NCBI GenBank assembly: GCA_963767035.1
Contig: CAVYBW010000001.1
Coordinates: 2,182,547-2,246,546 of the forward strand
Reading direction: 5' to 3'
Length of the DNA stretch: 64,000 bases
Origin: an uncultured Chloroflexia bacterium
Lineage (GTDB): Bacteria; Chloroflexota; Chloroflexia; Chloroflexales; Herpetosiphonaceae
Shown here piece after piece: positions 38,416-45,881 of the stretch. The notes beneath the pieces were generated by a model. It was not told the DNA's origin and made no database searches. It was given only the letters and a program-made list of their open reading frames with translations. Position 1 is the stretch's first letter. Every line of letters begins with the position of its first letter. Made by a program: the position numbers and the translations under genes.

Positions 38416-38430
38416 GCGATAGCTCCTCGC

Positions 38431-39933
38431 TTAGCGTGTATTGGCATCGATGTTGACCAACGAATGCAAACGATTTGCAATCGCGGTGAGTTTGGATGCA
38501 GCATCGGCAGTTTGGCGCGAACCAGCCGCCGTTTGACGTGAGACTTCGGCAATTTCACGCATGGTTTCAACAACTTGCTCCGAGGCAGTTTGTTGCTGAG
38601 CGGTCGCTAGGCTAATTTCTTGCGCCAATTGAGCGGTGTGTTCGCCCAAAACCACAATCGAATCCATCTCTTGGCCGGCCCGATGCGCCAAACTGACCCC
38701 TTGTTCAACTTCTTTGACGCTATCTTCGGTGGCCAGCACCGAGGCATTGGTGGCAGCCTGAATTTCGGCAATCACATCTTTGACTTCACGTGAAGCGGCC
38801 AAAGTACGGTTAGCCAAACTCTTGACTTCGGCTGCGACCACCGCAAAACGGCGGCCATGTTCGCCAGCGCCAGCTGCTTCAATCGCAGCATTCAAGGCCA
38901 ACAGGTGGGTTTCATCAGAAACATCATCAATCAAGGCAATGATTTCGCTGATATGATGCGAACGTTCGCCCAAGCTCAACACTCGCGAAGAAACCTCTTG
39001 AACCCGTTGCTTGATCCGTTCCATGCCTTGAATCGCTTCATCAACCGATTGCTGGCCCATTGCCAACGAGGTCAAGGTTTGTTGGGCGGCAATGCTCACT
39101 TGGTCTGAGGCGCTGGCAATTTGGCGGGCAGTAAAGCCCAATTCTTCGATTGTTGATGAAACTTCTGCCACCGCCGAAGCTTGTTCGGTTGCGCCCGAAG
39201 CCTGTTGCTGCGAGGCCGCCGATAATTCGGTGGCAGCAAACGACAGATCGGTGCCCAGTTCAATTTGCTGAATATTTTTCTCGATCAGTTGCTCGTTGGC
39301 CCGCATCAAATCGGCAGTCCATTGCTCGCTCTTGAGTGAATATTCGGCCAGGGCTTTGCTAAAAATCGTGGTTAGCACAATCGTCGTAGCCAAACCGACA
39401 AAAAATAGCACTGCGCCAACGCCATAGACTCCCGCATCACCAGCGGTTAAGGTTCCCTCCGGAACCCTGAACAAGCCAAGGTTGTCTTTGAGTAGCAACA
39501 ACATGCCATAGGCAAAGGTGATCGAAACACCATAGGCCACAATTTCGCGCCAAGTTGCAACCAAGCCGACAATGAACAACATTACCAGCAGCAACGAAAT
39601 AATCAGGCTTTGATCGATGCCGCCATAACGCACGGCACATGCCAAAGCCGAGAGCGAAATCGTGCCAATTAACACATAGGTTGCAACTTGGTCTTGGCCT
39701 TGGCGAATCATGCGCAGGCTCAGCAAGGCAATCAACCAAACCGTACCCATCGAAACAAACAATACTCCAAGCGCATTCCACAATTGGGGATTATTGCGCT
39801 CGTAGATCCATGCCACGAGTACCACTAGAAATGGCACAACCAAGGCAGCCAAGGCGACAATCCGCATAATCACGCGGCGGCGATCAGTCAAATTCGTAAA
39901 ATCGAGCGAGAAAAGCGAACCTAAATTCGCCAT
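38431..39933 (-). CDS. Methyl-accepting chemotaxis protein with a multi-TM N-terminal domain
   Basis: Highly conserved MCP signalling domain (LLALNAAIEAAGAGEHGRRFAVVAAEVKSLA). The N-terminal 200 aa are mostly TM helices. Start at MANLGS with a GGAG RBS. Confidence 0.85.
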   Translation of the reverse strand: MANLGSLFSLDFTNLTDRRRVIMRIVALAALVVPFLVVLVAWIYERNNPQLWNALGVLFVSMGTVWLIALLSLRMIRQGQDQVATYVLIGTISLSALACAVRYGGIDQSLIISLLLVMLFIVGLVATWREIVAYGVSITFAYGMLLLLKDNLGLFRVPEGTLTAGDAGVYGVGAVLFFVGLATTIVLTTIFSKALAEYSLKSEQWTADLMRANEQLIEKNIQQIELGTDLSFAATELSAASQQQASGATEQASAVAEVSSTIEELGFTARQIASASDQVSIAAQQTLTSLAMGQQSVDEAIQGMERIKQRVQEVSSRVLSLGERSHHISEIIALIDDVSDETHLLALNAAIEAAGAGEHGRRFAVVAAEVKSLANRTLAASREVKDVIAEIQAATNASVLATEDSVKEVEQGVSLAHRAGQEMDSIVVLGEHTAQLAQEISLATAQQQTASEQVVETMREIAEVSRQTAAGSRQTADAASKLTAIANRLHSLVNIDANTR

Positions 39934-39955
39934 GAGCAGACTCCTTGGCACTGGT

Positions 39956-40378
39956 CTAGCGCTTGGCGTGTACCAGCACAAACAGTTCGAGATCAAGCAT
40001 GAGGCATGGGCGTTCGTCGAGCATAATAATGCCCAAAATGCTGGGGTCGAGCAAGCTATCGGAAACTAAACTTGGCAGCGGTTGTAGTGTCAGCGCGGCA
40101 CTAATCGGGTCGCCCAATTGATCAACTACCACGGCCAAGGTTGCTTGCCCACCCACAAATAAGGCTAATCGATTGGCTTGTTGGCCAATTGGCTGCTGCA
40201 ACCACTGATTCAAATCAATCACATCGATTGGGTTGCCATGCTGAATCACACGGCGCAATGGGTTGCCATTATTGGCAACGTAATCCACACCGACCAAGGC
40301 AGTTTGACGAATTAAAATGGTTTGATCGCCAACACTGACCGGGTACAAATCGCTGACAACTGCAGGGCTAACCATTGT
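39956..40378 (-). CDS. cheW: CheW-like coupling protein (second copy)
   Basis: CheW-like fold, but divergent. Start is uncertain. Confidence 0.6.
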   Translation of the reverse strand, partial: TMVSPAVVSDLYPVSVGDQTILIRQTALVGVDYVANNGNPLRRVIQHGNPIDVIDLNQWLQQPIGQQANRLALFVGGQATLAVVVDQLGDPISAALTLQPLPSLVSDSLLDPSILGIIMLDERPCLMLDLELFVLVHAKR

Positions 40379-40817
40379 TGATTGACCCAAGCAGCGCCGC
40401 CAGATCCAGCCATGTGGCAAAACCAAACGGCGTTGGCAACAAGCCACGGCTGGCAACCGTCCCACGGTGGGGCGTTGGCTCAGCCAAACTCAAATCAAGC
40501 AGCAACATATCCAGCACTTGATCAACCGCAATTGCACAATCAATCTGTTCGTGGACAAGCAAAAAGCGGCTTCGGCGGGTTGGATTAATCGGCTTCATGC
40601 CCAAAATCACCCGCATATCAACCGCCGTCAGCAAGACCCCGCGCTGATTGATAATGCCCATAATTGCCGCCGCCGTGCCTGGAATGCGCGTTGGAGTGCG
40701 CCAACGCTCGATGCCCCGAGCTTGCTCAACCGGCAAGGCAAAGCGTTCTTGATCGAGGATAAAAACCACAAATTGCGCCAATTGATCCTCAACTTGGCTC
40801 ACAGCAGGCTCCCTCAT
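40368..40817 (-). CDS. cheW: CheW coupling protein
   Basis: CheW domain (FVVFILDQERFALPVEQARGIERW ... GIINQRGVLLTAVDMRVILG). Confidence 0.8.
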   Translation of the reverse strand: MREPAVSQVEDQLAQFVVFILDQERFALPVEQARGIERWRTPTRIPGTAAAIMGIINQRGVLLTAVDMRVILGMKPINPTRRSRFLLVHEQIDCAIAVDQVLDMLLLDLSLAEPTPHRGTVASRGLLPTPFGFATWLDLAALLGSINNG

Positions 40818-40960
40818 AATTCAATGCTGACAGCTTTGGCCAATCGCCGAGCAACCAAGCACCAAATCACCATACATGGCGCATTCTAAAGCAGCAAATC
40901 GTAGCTTAGCATAGTCGCAAGGTAGCCTCCCTGTCAAGCGTACTAAACCAGCTAATTTGC

Positions 40961-41250
40961 AGGAGGAAATATGAAGTATGAGGGATGAAATCAAAAGGCA
41001 GAAATCAAAAATCAACATTGAGCTGAGGATAAAAAGCTAATTAACGCAGAGGCCCAGCCATATCAGGCGATTGGCTAGTGACTGTTTGTAGTGAAGAAGA
41101 ATCATCCAAATCTTGGTTAATCTGTGGCTAAAAATAAGCCTTTGTGGATCAAGGATTAACGTGGAGGAGCAAAGTATCAAAACCCTATAGCAATATTTTC
41201 TTTATTTCACTACAGAACGCTTCGTCCCTCATCCCTCATATTTCATCCTT
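40961..41250. mobile_element. MITE-like 290 bp AT-rich element with about 27 bp imperfect TIRs (AGGAGGAAATATGAAGTATGAGGGATGA)
   Basis: Left TIR at 40961-40990 and inverted right TIR at 41225-41250. The right end abuts the stop codon of the REC gene. The TIRs resemble those of the element at 25276-25415. Confidence 0.5.
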
Positions 41251-41576
41251 TACAAGGCTTGTAATTGGGTAATTAGATGATGGCCAGTAATCGGCTTGGC
41301 AAGGCTCAGGCAACCAGTGGTTCGCGGTTGGGGCAAATCGGTCAGCAGAATATAGTTCTGATGATCATGGTAATTGATCGGATTGCTGTGTTCGATCGAG
41401 ATCGCTTCATCGAGGATCACAAATTGGGGTTGATATTGCTCGTTTAATTGGGCCGCAAGCGTGCAGCTATCGGCTTCGTAGACTGTGTAGCCTGCTCGAC
41501 GAAGGTGATATAGCATCAAAGTTCGGGTAATCTGATCGGGATCAACGAGCAAAACAGTCTTTGGCATACAAAACAT
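41250..41576 (-). CDS. Stand-alone REC-domain protein (single-domain response regulator, divergent)
   Basis: LLVDPD, VILDE, LLTD and AKP at the expected REC positions. Confidence 0.55.
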   Translation of the reverse strand: MFCMPKTVLLVDPDQITRTLMLYHLRRAGYTVYEADSCTLAAQLNEQYQPQFVILDEAISIEHSNPINYHDHQNYILLTDLPQPRTTGCLSLAKPITGHHLITQLQAL

Positions 41577-41643
41577 CCTTATAGTGATGGATTATTTGGG
41601 CAACCATCACCATCACTATAAGAACGCAAGTTTACGAGTGAGA

Positions 41644-42354
41644 TTACAAGCCCCGCCGCGGTTGGACATCAAACACGTAGCCAACGCCGCGCACGGTTTT
41701 TAAATAAATTGGCTTTGATGGATTGTCCTCAAGTTTGGTGCGCAACGAGCGAATTCGTACCCACAGCGAGGATTGATCGCCCTCTTCGCCCAAGCCCCAA
41801 GCCTTGCGCAACAAGGTTGTGGTTGCCACGGCGACGGTTGGAGTTTGCAGCAGCAAATACAACACCCGCAGTTCAATTGGCTCTAGTGGAATTGCCTCGC
41901 CTTTGCGCATGAGAATATGCTGGCCGAAATTGACCGATAGATCCTCGTCAATCACAATTAACTCGCCTGGATGCAAGCCACCTTCATACGATTTGGTCAG
42001 CAGTTTGTTGACCCGCGCCCGCAGTTCGGGGTAACGATAGGGCTTGGTCATATAATCATCGGCATGTTGCTCAAGCCCGCGCACAGTTGTGGCTTCATCA
42101 GAAATCGAGGTGAGCATGATGATTGGAATTTCAACATAGCGTCGCAAGCGATCAGATAATTCAAACCCCGTCATGCCAGGCATCATCAAATCGAGAATCG
42201 CTAAATCGGGCCATGAACTTTCGACCATCGTCAGCGCCGATTGGCCCGACTCTGCCGCCATAACTTCAAAGCCATCGCTTAGCAAATTGCTCACCAAGGT
42301 GCGGCGAATAATAGTGTCATCATCAACCACAAGAATACGCCATCGTGCTGGCAT
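41644..42354 (-). CDS. OmpR-family response regulator (REC plus winged-helix)
   Basis: REC (ILVVDDD ... DLMMPGM) plus the OmpR C-terminus (VRGVGYVF). Confidence 0.85.
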   Translation of the reverse strand: MPARWRILVVDDDTIIRRTLVSNLLSDGFEVMAAESGQSALTMVESSWPDLAILDLMMPGMTGFELSDRLRRYVEIPIIMLTSISDEATTVRGLEQHADDYMTKPYRYPELRARVNKLLTKSYEGGLHPGELIVIDEDLSVNFGQHILMRKGEAIPLEPIELRVLYLLLQTPTVAVATTTLLRKAWGLGEEGDQSSLWVRIRSLRTKLEDNPSKPIYLKTVRGVGYVFDVQPRRGL

Positions 42355-42360
42355 TGAGTC

Positions 42361-43956
42361 CTACTCCTTCCAAGGTAGCTGCATGGTGACCGTCGTCCCC
42401 TTGCCTACTTGGCTATCAACGCTAATTGTGCCGCCATGAGCACCAACTGCTAAATTACAGAAGGTCAGGCCCAGCCCTGTGCCGCGCGATTGGGCCGCAG
42501 TTCGTCCTTGATAAAATTTATCGAAAATATGTGGAATATCTTCGGCGGAAATTCCCTGCCCAGTATCGCTAACCCTGAGCGTAATGGTTTTCGCTGCTTG
42601 GTCAATGCTGCCAATAACACGAATTGTACCGCCAGGTCTAGTCCATTTGATACCATTGCTGACTAAATTGGCCAATACCCGCACGATTTTATGCTCATCG
42701 AGCACAACCAGCGGCGCAGCAGGCAGATCAAGCTCAAAGGTCAATTGCTGCTCAACCGTAATCGGCAACACTTGCTCGCTCAAAAGTTCGCCAATCCGCT
42801 CAAGATTGGTGGTTTCTTGGCTAAGCACCAAACGGCCCGCTTCGGCTTTATACACATCAAGCAAATCGTCGATCAGGCGTTGCTGGGCGGCTCCCGCGCG
42901 AAAGCCAAGCTCGACAAACAATTTGCCATCGGCATCAAGTTGGGTTGTCATCAAGGCATCGAAGCAGCCAACCATACCGGCTAACGGCGCGCGTAAATCG
43001 TGGGTCAACATCTGAATAAAACCATCGCGGCTGTCTTCAGCCTCACGTAAGCGAGTGTAGACCGCAGCGTTGGTCAAGGCAACACTCAATTGATCAGTCA
43101 AGGCTTTAATTAAGGTTTCTAGCTCAGTTTTGAAGAAGTTGCGCTGTGGATGGACCAAAATAAACACGCCAATGATCGTATTTTGAGCATAATTATGCAG
43201 TGGCAAGGCTAAGGCAGAGCCAATTTCCTCACTATCATCATAAAAATGTTTCCAGCGTGGATCATTTTGGGCATCTTCGACGATTTGAACTTCGCCAGTG
43301 CGCAAGGCATGCGAGGCTAAGCCTTCACGCAAGACCGCTTCAATTGCTTGTTCGGCTTCGGCTGGCGGCAAATGCGGGCGAAACAGAATTCGCCGCCACA
43401 CTCGATTTTGATCATCAAGCAGCAAGACGCTGCCGCGACTAGCTCCCAAAAGTTCGTTGATCGCATTCAAGGCTTCGGGCAGGACTTGATCAATATCCAA
43501 TGAACGATGCAAGGTTTGCGAGACCCGATACAGAAAGCGCAGGCGTTCTTGTTCGCGGTGCAAAGCGCGGCGGGTATGTTTCAACCGCAACAGCACCCGC
43601 ATGCGTGCCAACAACTCATCGCGATTGACTGGCTTGGTGACGTAATCATCAGCGCCTAGATCCAAACCTGTGACGGTATCGGCGGTGGTTTGCTTGGCCG
43701 AAACGAAAATAATTGGAATAAACGGCAGATGGTTGCGCTCACGGATGGCTTGCAGGGTTTGATAGCCATCCATCTCCGGCATCATTACGTCAAGCAAAAT
43801 CAAATCGGGAACTTGTTGTTCGAGCATACTCAAGGCTTCGAAGCCGCTACGAGCACAGGCGGTTGCATAGCCAGCGCGTTCCAACATACGCTGTAACACC
43901 ATCACATTGGTGGTTTGATCATCAACAATCAAAATCAGTTCGGGTGTTGCTTGCAT
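42361..43956 (-). CDS. Hybrid sensor: REC-GAF-HisKA-HATPase histidine kinase
   Basis: N-terminal REC, a central GAF-like region, the H-box MLTHDLRAP and HATPase blocks (NLVSNGIKWT, DTGQGI, GTGLGL). Confidence 0.85.
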   Translation of the reverse strand: MQATPELILIVDDQTTNVMVLQRMLERAGYATACARSGFEALSMLEQQVPDLILLDVMMPEMDGYQTLQAIRERNHLPFIPIIFVSAKQTTADTVTGLDLGADDYVTKPVNRDELLARMRVLLRLKHTRRALHREQERLRFLYRVSQTLHRSLDIDQVLPEALNAINELLGASRGSVLLLDDQNRVWRRILFRPHLPPAEAEQAIEAVLREGLASHALRTGEVQIVEDAQNDPRWKHFYDDSEEIGSALALPLHNYAQNTIIGVFILVHPQRNFFKTELETLIKALTDQLSVALTNAAVYTRLREAEDSRDGFIQMLTHDLRAPLAGMVGCFDALMTTQLDADGKLFVELGFRAGAAQQRLIDDLLDVYKAEAGRLVLSQETTNLERIGELLSEQVLPITVEQQLTFELDLPAAPLVVLDEHKIVRVLANLVSNGIKWTRPGGTIRVIGSIDQAAKTITLRVSDTGQGISAEDIPHIFDKFYQGRTAAQSRGTGLGLTFCNLAVGAHGGTISVDSQVGKGTTVTMQLPWKE

Positions 43957-43980
43957 TCCTGTGCTCCATATCTCTGCAAA

Positions 43981-45861
43981 TTACGAAGCTGAAGCTAGCT
44001 CAGACAGCTCCATCCAGCGTTCGTAGTGTTGTTCTAAGCTTTGGCTAACCTGCTCAAGCTCACTGCTTAATCGATTATAGGCCTGATAATCGCTACCAGC
44101 GTTATTCAGTGCTTGGTTGATTTCGGTTTGGCGGGCCTCTAATTTGGCAATTGTTTGCTCAAGTTCGCTCAATTCACGTTGCTGTTTGAAGCTGATTTTA
44201 CGCGGTTTTTCTTCGCGTGGGCGTTCTTGAGTTGACGGTTTGGTTACAGCCTTGGCTGCGGCTTGCTCGCGTTCGTTGGCCTCACGATAGGCGCTGTAAT
44301 CGCCAGGGAAGTGGCGCACCTTGCCATCACCTTCAAACACCAGCAAATGATCAACCGTATTATCCAGAAATGCCCGATCGTGCGAAACGATAATCACAGC
44401 CCCATTGAATTGCTCAATGTATTCTTCCAAAATCGCAATCGTCTGCACATCGAGATCGTTGCTTGGTTCGTCAAGCAGCAATACATTCGGGTTGCGCATC
44501 AGGGTTCGCAGTAAATAGAGCCGCCGGCGTTCGCCCCCCGATAAACTATGGATATAATCCCAGTGTTGGTTATTGGGGAATAGAAAACGCTCAAGCATTT
44601 GGCTGGCCGTGCGTAAACCATCGCCAGTTTGCACCAACTCAGCGCCATCGCTGACATACTCGATTAAGCGTTGATTGGGGTTGAGATCGCTGCTGCTTTG
44701 ATCGTAATAGGCAACGTGGATGGTTTCGCCAACCACCAATTCGCCGCTATCGGGCTGCAAACGGCCTGCAATCAAATTCAGCAAGGTCGATTTGCCAACG
44801 CCGTTGGGGCCGATAATCCCCAAACGATCATCGCGGCTTAGAGCATATTCAAAATTGTGCAATAAAGTTTTGCCAGCAATTTGCTTGTTCACGCCATGCA
44901 TTTCGATCAGCTTTTTGCCCAGCCGCCGCCCAGTCGATTCAAGCTCCAGCGTACCACGCTCTTGGCGACGTTCTTGGTTGATCAAGTTATTGGCGCGATC
45001 GACGCGAGCTTGCTGTTTGGTGGTACGCGCTTGCGCCCCTTGACGCAACCAAGCCAATTCGCGGCGCACCTCATTGCGATGATCAAGCTCGGCCTTGGCA
45101 CGTTGGCGTTCGCGCTCAATTCGCTCAATCACAAAGCGCTCGTAATTGCCAGGGTAGGAGTGCAATTCACGATCTTCAAGCTCAACAATCGCCGTGACCA
45201 CACGATCCAAAAAGTAGCGATCGTGGGTAATCAGCAATAAAGCGCCTTGCAACGTGGCCAAATAGCCTTCGAGCCAAGCGACCGTGGTTGGGTCGATATG
45301 GTTGGTCGGTTCGTCGAGAATCAGCAAATCGGGCTTTTCGATCAACACCCGCGCCATTGCCACGCGCTTGCGTTGGCCGCCAGAGAGCGTGCCAAGTTGG
45401 GCATCAAGCGTAGTAATGCCAAGTCGCGAAAGCACAGTCCGAGCGCTCAACTCGGTATCCCAAGCATCAAGCGTGGTCAAGCGTTCGCTGAGTTCGGCCA
45501 CGGCAGCTAGCGCTTGAGCATCGTTGGGATCTTGCTCAAGTTGTACGCTGGCAAGCGTATAATGGCTCAGCAGGGTTGCGCCTTCGCCTGCCGCAGCATA
45601 GACATATTCCAAGACTGTTTGGTTGGCATCCATCGGCGGATCTTGGGCCAAATAGCCAACCCGGCAATCTTTGCGCAAGGTCACACGACCAGTATCTGGT
45701 TGTTCTAAGCCAGCAGCAATTTTGAGCAAGGTTGACTTACCGCTGCCATTGACCCCGATTAAGCCAATCCGATCGCCGCTTGCTAAGCCCAAGGAAAGAT
45801 TTTCAAACAACACTTTAGGGCCATAGGCTTTGGAAATAGTTTCTAAATTGATAATGTTCAT
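43981..45861 (-). CDS. ABC-F family ATPase (two ABC cassettes, no TMD)
   Basis: Two Walker A sites (GVNGSGKST, GPNGVGKST) and two ABC signatures (LSGGQRKR, LSGGERRR). Confidence 0.9.
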   Translation of the reverse strand: MNIINLETISKAYGPKVLFENLSLGLASGDRIGLIGVNGSGKSTLLKIAAGLEQPDTGRVTLRKDCRVGYLAQDPPMDANQTVLEYVYAAAGEGATLLSHYTLASVQLEQDPNDAQALAAVAELSERLTTLDAWDTELSARTVLSRLGITTLDAQLGTLSGGQRKRVAMARVLIEKPDLLILDEPTNHIDPTTVAWLEGYLATLQGALLLITHDRYFLDRVVTAIVELEDRELHSYPGNYERFVIERIERERQRAKAELDHRNEVRRELAWLRQGAQARTTKQQARVDRANNLINQERRQERGTLELESTGRRLGKKLIEMHGVNKQIAGKTLLHNFEYALSRDDRLGIIGPNGVGKSTLLNLIAGRLQPDSGELVVGETIHVAYYDQSSSDLNPNQRLIEYVSDGAELVQTGDGLRTASQMLERFLFPNNQHWDYIHSLSGGERRRLYLLRTLMRNPNVLLLDEPSNDLDVQTIAILEEYIEQFNGAVIIVSHDRAFLDNTVDHLLVFEGDGKVRHFPGDYSAYREANEREQAAAKAVTKPSTQERPREEKPRKISFKQQRELSELEQTIAKLEARQTEINQALNNAGSDYQAYNRLSSELEQVSQSLEQHYERWMELSELASAS

Positions 45862-45881
45862 GCATTCCTAACACAACTAGC

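Noticed and set aside
36479-38422. Multiple plus-strand ORFs (36479..36826, 37028..37312, 37458..37844, 38153..38422 and others)
   Set aside because: All are antisense to the cheA hybrid kinase gene. They are GC-rich frame artefacts with no motifs.
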